A DNA stretch of 64,000 bases from the human T2T-CHM13v2.0 reference genome, Homo sapiens (GCA_009914755.4 CP068257.2:11648001-11712000); one strand, 5' to 3'. Counted from the stretch's first letter, positions 26,889 to 39,278 are shown. Notes: generated by a model from the sequence alone, not told the origin. Made by a program: numbers and translations.

Positions 26889-26893
<5 letters not shown>
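26534..26893 (+). mobile_element. THE1/MST-family (MaLR) 3' LTR
   Basis: tatggtttggctctgtgtctctaaccaaatctctctcaccttgaattgta...ccagccatgtggaactgtgagtcaattaaacctcttttctttataaattacctagcctcaggtatttctctacagcagcctaagaacaaactaat. It is about 15-20% diverged from the 5' LTR. Both flanks read tatctatc (TSD). Confidence 0.9.
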
Positions 26894-26921
<28 letters not shown>

Positions 26922-27050
26922 GATCTGGCTAGAGCTATATATATATATATTATATATATTATATATATAATATATATTATATATAATATATATAATATAT
27001 ATTATATATATAATATATATTATGATTTATATATATATATGATTTATTAT
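26893..27050. repeat. (TATC)8 microsatellite at the THE1 3' TSD, followed by a compound (TA)n/(TATATAA)n tract that is the intrinsic TA repeat of the outer MLT2-type LTR
   Basis: tatctatctatctatctatctatctatga then atatatatatatattatatatattatatatataatatat... It accounts for the IYIIY ORF 26802-27059. Confidence 0.9.
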
Positions 27051-29290
27051 GAGGTATAGGCTTATGGAATTATAAAGTCTGAGAAATCCCATCTGTGCAA
27101 GATGGAGACACTGGACAGTCAGTGGTGTAGTTCAAAAGCCTGAAAGCCAGAGAGCCAATGGTATAGATTTCTGTCTGAGTTTGAAAGCTTGAGAAACAGA
27201 AGGACCAAGGGCAAGAAAAGATTGATGTCTCAGTTCAAGTAGGCAGAAAGAGAATGAATCCTCTCTCTTTCATCTTTTTTTTTCTTTATTCAATTATCAA
27301 GGGACTAAATGTTACCCACCCACAATGGGGAAGCCAACTCAGTTTATTCAGTCTACTGATTAAAATGCCAATCTCTTCTATAAACACTCTCATGGACACA
27401 CACAGAAATAACGTTTAATCAGCTATCTGGGCATCCTGTGATCCAGTCAAGTTAACAAAATTAACTTTCACAAATACACTAATTGTCAATGTGGCACTTA
27501 TATTCATCTCCTTACATATTTAAATACTATGATATAAAGCCAATATATCTTATGTTACATGATAAGAGAATAGGAGAAAGAAGAAAACAATGGTATTATA
27601 TACACAATATATACACAATCAAAAATGCATTTATAACAAAATGGGGAGATCATATTTATGACAATCAAAATTATCATTGCTGTAACTGGTCATGTAGTCA
27701 TAGCTAGTATTTATAACCACTTTATTCAACTAACCATTCTGTATTCCCTTTGTCTTCAGGAAGCACCTCAGCTGGTAGTGGTTTTTTGTCTTTTGTGGTT
27801 ACCCAATTTTTTATTCCTGAAGGGCTGTGATCACTAACAACCTTGTCCTCATTGGGCTGTTGTTTCCTATTAACCTTAATCACAGGGCATGGTAATATTA
27901 AGGAAAACTATAAGGGATCACCCACACTCTAGATGTATTTTACCTTACCTACATTATGAACTAGCAGTCCAATTTCCCCTTGGTAGTCAGGATCACCCCA
28001 GATAGTACTTTAACTCCCTTATTTGCCTATTGATTGAGAAGCATGAGGAGTTCAAAGTGCCCAGGTGAGTCTTAGCTTCCATTTAAATGGAATCATTATT
28101 GTGTCTCCTAATGGAAGGACTCTTCCCTTTGCAACTAAGACCTCCAGCCCAGCACAGCACAGGGTTTGGGAAAAGAAAATAAATATTTTGCTAGTGAGTT
28201 GTTAGTGGTAGTAGTGAGGGTTTTCACTCCCATTTCTACTCCTTAATTCCTAGACCCATGAATGCTGGCTGTAGGAGAAACAGGATCATATATCATATGC
28301 TGATACAGAACATACACAGCCTTCTGGAAACCCTTTCCCCATTCTATCTCAACAAATGTTCTTGCTTTAACAAGAACATGCTGAAAGACTTGGAGTTTAA
28401 TTTCCGTTACAATTCAGCCATTCACAGGATGAGATTCTGCATTTCACTTTCTGCAATCTCAACTCTGTGGACACCAAAAATAAGAGTTATCTTCAGATGA
28501 CAATAAGTCCTCAGGTCACTTATGCTTGTGGGACTTTAAATCCTAAGCTCATCCTTTTCTTTCACCACTTTGTCCAGTGACATTAGGAGCAAACGGCCAA
28601 CCTTGTTATATTTGTTAGTTTTCCAAAACTGTTCAAAAGCATCATCTACACAGTAATTCAGTTCCTTGCTTTTTATAAGTGGTATCCAAGGCAGATGTTT
28701 TGTATATCTCTATTACCAGATTATGTCATGGATGTTAGTGCTCTTTACTACTGGAAATAGAGTCATCCAAACCTTTACATATAATCAGATTAGACAATTT
28801 ATTCCAAAATCTACAGCATCAATTTGGGAAAGTTATTTATAAAATTCTGTTTCTGTAAAACCACTCCCAGTACCAATATATGTCTTAGTCAGGGTTATCC
28901 AGAGAAATAAAATCAATAAAATCTGTCCTCTGAAACCTGGAGACCCAGCTGGTGTAGTCTGAAGGCCTGAAAGTCAAAGATTCAATGGTGTAATTTTAGT
29001 CCCAGTTTGTAGGCCTGGCATTTCAAAGAAAGGAGAGGAATAGATATTCCAGCTCAATCAATCAGGCAGAGAAAGAGTGAATTCTCCTGTGCTTCACCGT
29101 TTTCTTCTATTCAGACGCTCACTGAATTAGTTGATATCACACATAGAGAAGGGCAATCAAGTTTACTATGTCTATTGATAAAAATGCTAATTTCTCCCAT
29201 AAATACCATGACAGAGACACTGAGAAATGTTGTCTAAACAGATGTCTGGATCCCATGATCCAGGAAAGTTAACACATAAAACAAAATATG
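26894..29290 (-). mobile_element. ERVL#2: older, internally deleted ERVL copy. LTR (~26894-27480), int 3' end with a dUTPase-region remnant (27480-28330), deletion junction (~28330), int 5' end with PBS-like tggtactgggagtgg (28330-28880), LTR (~28880-29290)
   Basis: Segment-by-segment paralogy to ERVL#1, for example ctttgtcttcaggaagcacctcagctggtagtgg versus ctttgccttcagcaagcacctcagcaggttgtgg. gtcttagtcagggttatccagagaaataaaatcaata is the MLT2-type terminus at 28880. cccacccacaatggggaagccaactcagtttattcagtctactgattaaaatgccaatctc is an MLT2 body. Confidence 0.8.
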
Positions 29291-29559
29291 ACAATCAATA
29301 ACTAATAACTTTTCAAATAAGAAACCACAATATTTGAATGGTTGCACTGCTGAAATACACCAATTGTTTAAGAAGAAATTGTACAAATTTTCCACAACCT
29401 CTGTCAGGAAGTAGAAAAAAACAAGAATATTTCCTAACATTTTTTATAAGACAGTGTTACTCTAATACTAAATATAGATAAAACCCTTACAGAAAAGAAA
29501 ACTAAAGATTATGAACACAGGTGAAAATTTTACATGAATACAGATTCAAAATTTTTCAA

Positions 29560-32230
29560 TAAAATATTGACAAATCAAACAACAACATATAAAAATAATT
29601 CTACACCATGATGAAGAAGGAATTATTCCAGGGACGCAAGGCTGTTCTACATCCAGAAGTCAGTGTTATCTACCACATTAAAGACAAATGAAGAAAATTG
29701 AATAATTATATCAATAGATACAGAAAAAGCATTTGAAAATACATGACACCTATTCATAATAAAAAGTATTAACAAATTAGAAGTAGAGAGGATAGGAACT
29801 CCCTGTATTTGATGAAGACACCTACAAAAATCCTACAGGTGGAATCATATTTAATGTTGAGAGATTGGAAGCTTTTCTCCTAAGACTGGGAACAAGGCAA
29901 AGATAACTTCTCTCATCATTTCTACTCAACATCATACTAAAAGTCTTAACTAGTGCAATAAGACAAGAAAAGAAATAAAAAAGATAGAAAAGGAAGAATT
30001 AGAACTATCTGTGCTGAGTTTATATTATTATCTATATAACAAATCTCAAGGAATTTGCAAAAACAAGAAGTTTTTAAAATCTAATTTAAGTATAAGATCT
30101 CAGAAAACAAGGTCAATATACAAAAGTTAGTTACTTACTATGAAATTCATCCTTTGCAGTGAGCAATGAGAAACAATATTAGTTTCTAAAAATGCCATTT
30201 ACAATTGCACAGACATGAAAATAAATACTGATATAAATCAGACAAAAAATTTTAATAATCTCCATGTCTTTTACTACATGTGAAAAACTACACATTCTGA
30301 TGAAAGAAATTACAGAAGATCTAAATAAAGTGTGATAAGTTCAACATTACTTCACTAAATATTGTTAAGATGTTAATTCTCTCCTATTTGATGAATATAT
30401 TTTTAGAAAAATACTTTTTTTAGATATCAACAAACAGATATATAAAGTTTATATGAAAAGTCAAAAAACCTGAAATACTCAATGCAAACTGAAAAACCAT
30501 AAAGTTGGAGGATGCATACTACCCGATTTTAATACTTACTATAAAGGCACAGTGTCAAGACAGTGTGGTATTGACTAAAGAATTCACACATAGTTCAATG
30601 GAACTAGTGGGTCCAGAAATAGGCCTCATACAAATGTAATCAACTGATCTTTGATAAAGAAGCAAAATGCAATTCAATAGCAAAGGAATAGTCTTTGCAA
30701 TAAATGCAGTAAGTGGTGCTGCAACAATGGGATATCCTTCTGCACACACATAAAAAAATGAACCTGGACACATGAATCTCAGAGCGTCATAAAATATCAA
30801 CTTAAAATAGGACATAGATTTAAATGCAAAACTACAAATATAGGAGCAAATTTAGGTGACCTTGAATTTGGCCATAAGATTTCAGATACAACCACAAAAA
30901 GATTCTGTGAAAGCTTAGATGTTACTAAAATTAAAAACTTCAGCCCTGTGAAAGTCACTGTTAGGATAATTTTTAAAAAGTAATAGACTGGGGAAAAATT
31001 TGCAAGACATGCATCTGATAAAAGGCTTGTATCCAAAATATACAATAAACACTTAAGACTCAACAATAAGAAAACAATCACATTTGAAAGTTGGCAAAAG
31101 ATTTAAATATACACCTCATCAAAGAAGATACACAGATAGAAAATAAAGATGGTCAACATCATTTGTTACTAGAACATTGCAAATTAAAACAATTAGGAAC
31201 CACTACTTATTTATTAGAATTGCTAAAATCTAAAAATCTGATAATACTTAATACTGAGAAGAATGCAGAGTAACAGGAACTTTCATTCTTTTCTGGTGGA
31301 AATGAAAAACTGTACAGATTACTTGGAAGGCAACTTTTCAATTTCTTTCTTTCTTTCTTTCTTTTTTTTTTTCTGGGACAGAGTCTCACTCTGTCACCCA
31401 GTCTGGAGTGCAGTGGCACAATCTTGGCTCACTGCAAGCTCTGCCTCCCAGGTTCTTGCCATTCTCCTGCCTCAGCCTCCCAAGCTTTTCAATTTCTTAT
31501 CAAGCTAAACATATAATTCAGCAATCATGCTCCTAGATTTTTACTAAACTGATTTGTTAATTTTTGCCCACAAAAATTCTATTTATATTTTTATAGATGC
31601 TTTATTCATAATTACCCCAAACTGGTAGCAATCAAGACGTTCCCCAAGAGGTGAACAGATAGTCTGTGATACATCCATACGGTGAGATAATATTCAATGA
31701 TAAAAAGATATGAGCAATCAAACCATGAAAAAAATGAAAGAATCTTAAATGCAAATTTCTAAGTGAAATAAGCCAATCTGAAAAGGATACAGACTAATGA
31801 TTCTGATTATGTGATATTCCACAAGAAAGAAACCTATCAGGGGTTGCCAGATGTTTGTGGGGAGTAAAGGAGGATGGAAGAATAATTGATGCACAAATGA
31901 TTCTTCTGTCAATAAAACTATGCTGTATGATACTGTAATAGTGGATAGATACATGGCATTATATATTTGTCAAAACCAACAGAACTTTACAGAAGAAATA
32001 GTAAACCTTAATGTATGCAAATTTAAAAAGAAACATATAGTATGTCTGGAGATCCCTGACACCAACTAAGCAAAAAAAATCTAACTGTATTTCACATGTG
32101 TGACACAACCTCACTGAAGTCAGTAGAGGAAGAAAATGTGCTAACCTAAGTTACTTTATATATGATATAAATGAATTTTATTTGTCTCATGAACACTGTA
32201 CTTTAGTTGACAAAAATGTTTTTGTTAAGA
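29560..32230 (+). mobile_element. Old L1 (L1M-type) ORF2 3' half plus 3' end, sense orientation
   Basis: Reverse-transcriptase-region DNA, recognised as ...gatacagaaaaagcatttgaaaatacatgacacctattcataataaaa... (the ORF is too degraded for the 6-frame track). The 3' end is ...catgaacactgtactttagttgacaaaaatg. Confidence 0.85.
31336..31487 (-). mobile_element. 5'-truncated Alu fragment inserted in the L1M, with 11-bp TSD ttttcaatttc
   Basis: (tttc)n/T-tail then gggacagagtctcactctgtcacccagtctggagtgcagtggcacaatcttggctcactgcaagctctgcctcccaggttc...cctcagcctcccaag. ttttcaatttc is read on both flanks. Confidence 0.9.
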
Positions 32231-32299
32231 GGTAACTTAGGTTACAAGTGCTCTGCTGAATGAATTGATTAATGCCATTATCTTGAGAGTAGGTTAGCT

Positions 32300-32535
32300 A
32301 CCTAGGAAGTGAGTTCTTGATAAAAGGATTAGTTCAGCACTATTCCTATTTCTCTGTCACGTGCATACATGCTGTCTTGCTCTTCTGCCTTCCACCATGG
32401 GATAACACAGGAGGAAGGTCCTTGTTACATGTAGGTTCCTCAACCTTGGATTTCCCAGTCTCAAGAACTGTAAGAAATAAGTCTCTGTTCTTTATAAATC
32501 ACCCAGTCTAAGGTATGCTACATTAGCACAAAATG
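32300..32535 (+). mobile_element. MaLR/MLT1-like LTR fragment (tentative)
   Basis: ccttccaccatgggataacacaggaggaaggtcc...ttggatttcccagtctcaagaactgtaagaaataagtctctgttctttataaatcacccagtctaaggtatgctacattagcacaaaatggactaagac. Confidence 0.55.
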
Positions 32536-32540
32536 GACTA

Positions 32541-32636
32541 AGACGCTATCTATCCATCTACCTATATGTCTATATATCTATCTAATCTATCTGGCTATCT
32601 ATCTATCTATCTATCTATCCATCTATCATCTATCTG
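32541..32636. repeat. Degenerate (TATC/TCTA)n microsatellite
   Basis: tatctatccatctacctatatgtctatatatctatctaatctatctggctatctatctatctatctatctatccatctatcatctatctg. Confidence 0.95.
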
Positions 32637-33681
32637 TTCCCACCTAAGCAGGTGAAAGTAAGCTACCTCATAAAGCAGAAGATAATATACACATCAAAAC
32701 ACTCTCTTACCTAATAAAGACTGGTACATTAAAGGTAGTGGTATACTGCTTTTACATCTCAATGTTTATTTGCTCATTTGTTTTTCCCAACTGTGAACAA
32801 AATGTTATGCAAAAGCTATTATAATAGCAACTAGTATGCAGCTCCACCATCTTTAACTTAATTGGAGAGAGACATAAAGAAAAACCTTTGTTCTTAACAT
32901 TCTTGCAAGAAGAAACAATATGCAGAGAATGTTTTTTTCTCTCTCTCTCTTTCTCTGTGTTTATGTATACGTTCATTAATCTATACTTATATACATTAAA
33001 ATTCAGTTTTTTAAAATGAGTAGGAAAATGGGTGTTTCAGTCAACTAAATATTCTAATTAATTCAATATTTTATCCTGTGAGATGTTCAAAAGATCAAAT
33101 ATTTTTAAAAGTCATAATAATCCCATAAAATTACTGAGATAGTCCCTCTTTCTTCCTCATGTTTTGTCTAGGTCACTCCTACCAGACTGAACATGAATTT
33201 GATAATTTTTTTATCTTATTCACGCACAAGCTTAGATTTGATTCCTTATTTTATATTTATAAACTATTTTTGTCTTGCCTCTGACTTTTTTGTATCAGAT
33301 TGAATTTTATTCTACTGTTTTATTTAAGCCCTTTCTTGCAATTACCATCATCCTGAACCAATATAGAAATTTCAGTGTGTTTACTTCTTCCTTGAGCTCA
33401 CAATGAGATCTCCTGTTATAGGCTAATGGCTACAGGCATATTTTAGTGTCATAATTTTCACAGAACCCATATATAAATAATCCAAACTAACCCTAAAATT
33501 ATACCAAAAAATTAATGTGATTAGGATGATAATTCACAGTCACATAGTGTTTTGGAATCTTTGTGGTGAAAATAAATTGTTTGTTTAAAACTATTGACTT
33601 AGAAGTTGGACTCTATTATTGTGTAATGACTGAAACAAGAAGTAACATTTTTCAATATATCTTTATATAAGGAATATTCTC

Positions 33682-34053
33682 TGATATGGTTTGGCTGTGT
33701 CCCCATCCAATTCTCATCTTAAATTGTAACTCCCACAATTCCCACATGTCCTGGTAGGAACCGGGTGGGAGGTGATTGAATTATGGGGGTGGATCTTTCC
33801 TACGCTGTTCTCAAGACAGTGAATGAGTCTCATGATATTTGATAGTTTTAAAAATGTAAGTTTCTCTGCACAAGCTCTCTTTTTGCCTGCTGCCATCCAC
33901 GTAAGATGTGACTTGCACCTCCTTGTCTTCTGCCATGATTGTGAGGCTTCCCCAGCCATGTGGAACTGTGAGTTCTCCATTATACCTCTTTCCTTTGTAT
34001 ATTGCCCAGTCTTCAGTATGTCTTTATCAACAGCATGAGACTACACTAACACA
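33682..34053 (+). mobile_element. Solo THE1-family (MaLR) LTR with 5-bp TSD TTCTC
   Basis: tgatatggtttggctgtgtccccatccaattctcatcttaaattgtaactcccacaattcccacatgtcctggtaggaaccgggtgggaggtgattgaattatggggg...ccagccatgtggaactgtgagttctccattatacctctttcctttgtatattgcccagtcttcagtatgtctttatcaacagcatgagactacactaacaca. Flanks read aatatTTCTC| and |TTCTCatttt. It accounts for ORFs 33714-34126. Confidence 0.93.
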
Positions 34054-35485
34054 TTCTCATTTTGTGTGTTTCAGAGAAAAAATAATAAGGCAAGAAATTC
34101 CATTTTTGAAAATTATTATTGCTTGAACTTTAGACAAATGGGAATTGACTGTGTTTGTTTACCCTAACATGGACTGGGTGCTGGCAAATTACAACTGCAG
34201 TTTTGTTTCTGCAGCCTCAAATTTAATCTTTTATTTTGTCAGATGTGGCTAAGTGAACAATTTCCCACCCCCCCCCCCCAAAAAAAAGGCTAAAATAGTG
34301 AGCCTTTAAAAATCCTATTTCTCTTCTAGACTTGGATCCCTAAGTACCAGTCAAGGAAAATATCTAATTTCTTCAAGGAAAAAGAGTTCATATTTCTTTT
34401 GAAACATATCATGTTGCCATAGTTACCAAATGCTCTCATTTTATTTCCTAACAATAATATCACCATCTAGATACACATAGCTTACAAAAGTAAATGTTTT
34501 ATTGTGGAATTTTATAAGGACACAGGATCTGCTTCCAATGACTTTTAAAAAATTAAAATGGAAGGATTCTTGCTAATAAATACACCTGAGTTGAAATTAA
34601 ATGTTTTCTGAGCAAGAGCATAGGAGAAAAGGAGGAGCAGAGAGAAATTGAAAAAGACACATACAGTTTTAACATTTCAAAGGTGAAGGTGATTTAAATT
34701 AGGATTTGGGCATGGTTGTTCTTCTCCACCCCAGTGTATATAAACATTCTCATATGGGTTGCCATGTCTCCAGGAGTGATACCATCATCTGGACAGGCCA
34801 TTAGAAATTAAAACATACTTACACATATACACATGCACATCTTAGAATAAGAAAAATTATAAACCAGCTTATTTCTATTTGTCTTGCCAAATATAAACTT
34901 TAGAGCCAAAATTTTAAACAAAGCAGCAACTATGAAAATAAATAATGAGATCCCTGTGTACAGAATTACGTAGTTGGGGTTTACATATTGGGAAATCAAG
35001 CTCCAAGTAGAAAGGAATCAGTTTTCTCCGTCTTTCCTTTCTCTTACTTTTTAAGAAGCTATCACAAGAATTTTATTTACAGGAATTTAAGGTGGAAACA
35101 TATACCTTTTGGGGAGTAAATCGTTACTAAAAACATAATTAATGTGGTCATTTTGAACAATATTATCAAATAGTTACCTCAATGAATCATAAAAATCATC
35201 AAATATGTACATGATTTGAAAAATCTTGAAAACTAAGAAAGTTGAAATATGTAAAAAGTAAATTAATTTCATAGTCTACCTTTATAGATAAAACATCAAT
35301 AGCTAATATTAAACTATAAGCATTATTATTAAAATATAAACATTAATTGAAAATTTAAAATTAAATTTAAAAATTAATTAATTTCTTTATATCTTCCTAT
35401 TTCATACTTAAAAGGTTTCTTATTCTAGCCTAAATGGTGTATCACAAACTGCAAATTACAATATTTGATGTTTTAATGCACTATG

Positions 35486-35700
35486 TCGGGGGGTGGGGGG
35501 CAAGGGGAGAGAGGAAGAGCATTAGGACAAATACCTAATGCATGCGAGGCTTAAAACCTACATGACAGTTTGTTAGGTTCAGCAAACCACCACGGCACAT
35601 GTATACCTATGTAACAAACCTGCATGTTCTGCACGCATATCCCAGAACTTAAAGTAAAACTTAAAATAAGAAAATAATAATAATAAAGAATGTGTTATTT
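35486..35700 (+). mobile_element. L1PA-type 3'-UTR terminal fragment (extreme 5'-truncated L1 insertion)
   Basis: gggggcaaggggagagaggaagagcattaggacaaatacctaatgcatgcgaggcttaaaacctacatgacagtttgttaggttcagcaaaccaccacggcacatgtatacctatgtaacaaacctgcatgttctgcacgcatatcccagaacttaaagtaaaac plus an A-rich tail. Confidence 0.9.
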
Positions 35701-38695
35701 AAATGTAATCTTTAGCATTTCAGTTTTGTTTACTGGAGTCATAATCTCAATATTATTTTTAAATATAGAGAATTCAAAATTATTTAACATAAAGTATACT
35801 TCATTTTATTTGTAAAGTTTTGCCCATCATTTTTAAAATGAATGATTTAGGCAGAGCATTATGGCATTTGAGAAGAACTGGCCTTCATTGTAAGTTGACT
35901 GTAGGATTTATTGATACAAGCAAAAATGCATAAAAAAGAAAATTTTTTCATAATTTTGTTTTTCAAAAACTTATATATGCGTATGTGTATGTGTGTATGT
36001 ATATGTGTATATTTAAATATGTATCATGTACTTTAGAGAGATTTTTACATCCAGTATGGCTCTTAAGATAAAGGCCATGATTCCCATTTTATAAGTTTTC
36101 TCTTGATTAGAAAACTAGTTTTGTGTGGTGGTGGGTGAGATGTTATATTGTTTACTTCCTCAAACTCTGTTAGCCTTCCTTAAACTTATTTTGGTTTATT
36201 ATTGTTTGTATTTTTAATTGTATGCTTGGAGGGATCCTTTATCTTTCCAATCAGCCTTGTCCAGGTCTGAATCCCATCTCCTTTCACCTCCTTGAGAATT
36301 TTTATTCTCAAGAGGTCAATTTTTTTTCTGTCTTCTTACTCTCATTTCCCACTAGTGGAGGCTTATCTAATTATAAACAATAAAGAAATGATTTTGAAAT
36401 TATCTTTTTACTTATACACCCAAACTGGTATCTGTAGATTCTTTCTTATCTTTTGCTTACCCATTTCTGAAATGTTCCTATGCCTAAAGCCAGATGCTCT
36501 TTTTTTTTTTTTAATCTGCTGCAGTCTTTTTGGACAACTTAGTCCTCTTCCAGTTGCTTCACCTCTCACTCATAACTTGCTGACTCCAGAATCTATAACT
36601 CTTTAATTCTTTTCTGAGGTCCTGAGATACATATATACATATATATAAAATATAAAATATATATATATACACAATGTTTTATTGAAACTTCCCAATTATT
36701 GCATGTCAGGTATTCTCATTTCACAGACCAGGAAACAGATACTTACAGAAGTTAAGTATTACAGCAGGTTTACTCAATTAGCACATGTCCAAGCTAGTAT
36801 TTAATCCAAAACTTTTGATTTTTTTTCTATTATATACGCTTTCTTTCCATTTTCTTGAATTCCAGTTTTGTCTACCAGGGTAAAGTACATGATTGCTAAA
36901 GAAGGGAGGCTTTAGAATTTCTCTCTCTCTATCTTTTTTATTTTTTATTTTTTTGGAACCCACTGCATGAATTTTTCAGATTCCAGAAATAATGCTTTGC
37001 AATGAATGAGGTAGTACTTTTAATTCTATATATTTTTGCCATAATGTCTATGCACCCAGCCTGTGAAATAAATTGCACTGACCTGTGTCTTTAGTGCCTG
37101 TCACTTAAAATTTTTCCAAACCACCTTAAATGTTGAAGTTAATAAAATTGGTAATGCTCGACGTGGGGGAAAAAAAAAACAACGAAAACCACTAAGATGT
37201 TCTACTTTGTGGTCTCTGCATGACATCTAGTGGTTGGAACTGGAAAATTTGAGGAAATTATGATTAGTATCAGGGAAAATACAATCTGTGTTAGTCTGGA
37301 GTCCTCATTCCTAACATCAAAGGAAACATGATGTAGATATCCTCTACTTCCAAAGAGGTTGGCCACTGGCAGGTAGGCCAGTGGCCTTTCTGTTCATTTC
37401 TTAATGAATTGAACAGAATTCATTAAGAATTCTTAATCTTCACACAGAAGATTAATCTTTCTTAATCATTTCTGTTTCTCAGTCTGTGTATCAGGGAATA
37501 ACAGTTTCTCTCTGTGTTAAGCAATCTGTGCTCACTGGGGCTTGTGAAACATTGGTCTGTAATCAGTACCTACTTTTGATAGATATGAGTTGGATAATTA
37601 TAAGATGCAAAAGTAAATAAACCCTTTGGTTTTCTTTCTTTATACGCAAGTATTAATGATAGTAAATCTATGACCCTATTATTCAAAATTGTATTTAGAA
37701 AAGCTTTTTATATACTCCAGTTTTGATTATTCTAAAGAGGTTATAAAATCGAGTAACTGCTTAGCTTTGAGTCTTAGGGATGATATTGGGTGTAGGTCCT
37801 TGATAATCCAAGATTTAGGATCTGCCTACCAGAAATTTTAGTCAGCTTAGATAACTGACAATGGAAAACGGTACATGATATGTTCTAAATAAATGACACA
37901 GCCAATGTTGTAGGGATGCCGCAGAGGATTTGGAGTCCAAGAGGTCAGAGAAGGGGTCATGAAGGAGGATGGATTTGAACTGAGCTGCAGTTGATAGATG
38001 GGCAGCTTAAGGTATTGTTAAGCAAACAGGCAACAGAGTGAGATTCCTGGGTGTTGGCTTTCCTTCAGTGTGACCTTGGACAAACTATCTAGTTGCTCCA
38101 CATTTTACTTTCTTCGTTTGCATCACAGTATGTACACACATAGATACATAGCATCTATTTCTTGTGGTGAAGATCAGCATAATGTCTCAGTTGGCAAATT
38201 ATCAGTTCTTTTTATTATAAATAAATTAAAAATGCAAATGTTTAGGTCAAGTGTTATTCTCTGAAAATGCACAAAGAGAAATGAGCCAAGAGAAAAATAA
38301 TAATAAATAAATATTATATTTCTGACACCAAGACAAGTCCAAGAGAATTTAAAAAATAATTATAAATATTTTATGGTAATGTATTTCAAATATACATGCT
38401 TCAGATTCCAGGATTTATGTCATGGGGATGGATCAGGAGTCCTTGAAACCTGGCACTTATTAATAAATGTTGTTTCTAATTTTCTATCACTGCAAGGTAC
38501 TCTTATAGACACCATGTGAACATAGTACTTTTATCTCTCTAGCCTTGCACATAGTACTTTTATCTCTCGATTAGCATGTTTCCATCTTTTCTACCTATGT
38601 CAACTCTATTCATCCATCAAGATCTAATTCAAGCTCTATCTATTCCTCACATCCTTCCTTGGCCACTTCTTTCTTCTGAATTCCTATTTATTTTC

Positions 38696-38697
38696 CT

Positions 38698-38746
<49 letters not shown>
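38696..38746. repeat. T(51) mononucleotide homopolymer, not attached to a recognisable retroelement
   Basis: An uninterrupted 51-T run. The flanks (…attttcctg / gcaattggcatatactgc) do not match Alu, L1 or SVA ends. Confidence 0.9.
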
Positions 38747-38748
<2 letters not shown>

Positions 38749-39278
38749 AATTGGCATATACTGCTAGGTATCACTCATTTTTTCTGTGGAAAGAAAAAAT
38801 ACTAACTGAATTTTTGTATATATTTATTAATATCCAGATAGGATATCATAATTAAAGTAATCAGATCAAGTTTCTAAAATATTACTGGCTCTTGTTTTCC
38901 ATTCCCAAACACCTGAGAGAGACTGTCCACTTAACAAGTGAAACAGTGGTCTGTATATCCAGCATTTGTAGCCTACAATCTCCAAAGTGTGTTTTTATTA
39001 TGACCTTACTCCTCCTTACTGTCCATATTTCACAAAAAGAAGTTATCCATTGGGGAAGAAGATCTTAATCCATTACCAAAGACATTTTTAATAGTAATTA
39101 ATAACAAATCCCATATGTTCTATATATTTGGGACATAAATAAATAATGTAAAATGTCGGTACAAATAGTTTCTCTACACTCAATGATATTATATTATTAA
39201 AGTCAGCTGCATTTAAAAATTAGTAGAATTTGTATTTTAGAACACTTTTAGATTTAAAAAAATAATTGAGCAGATAGG

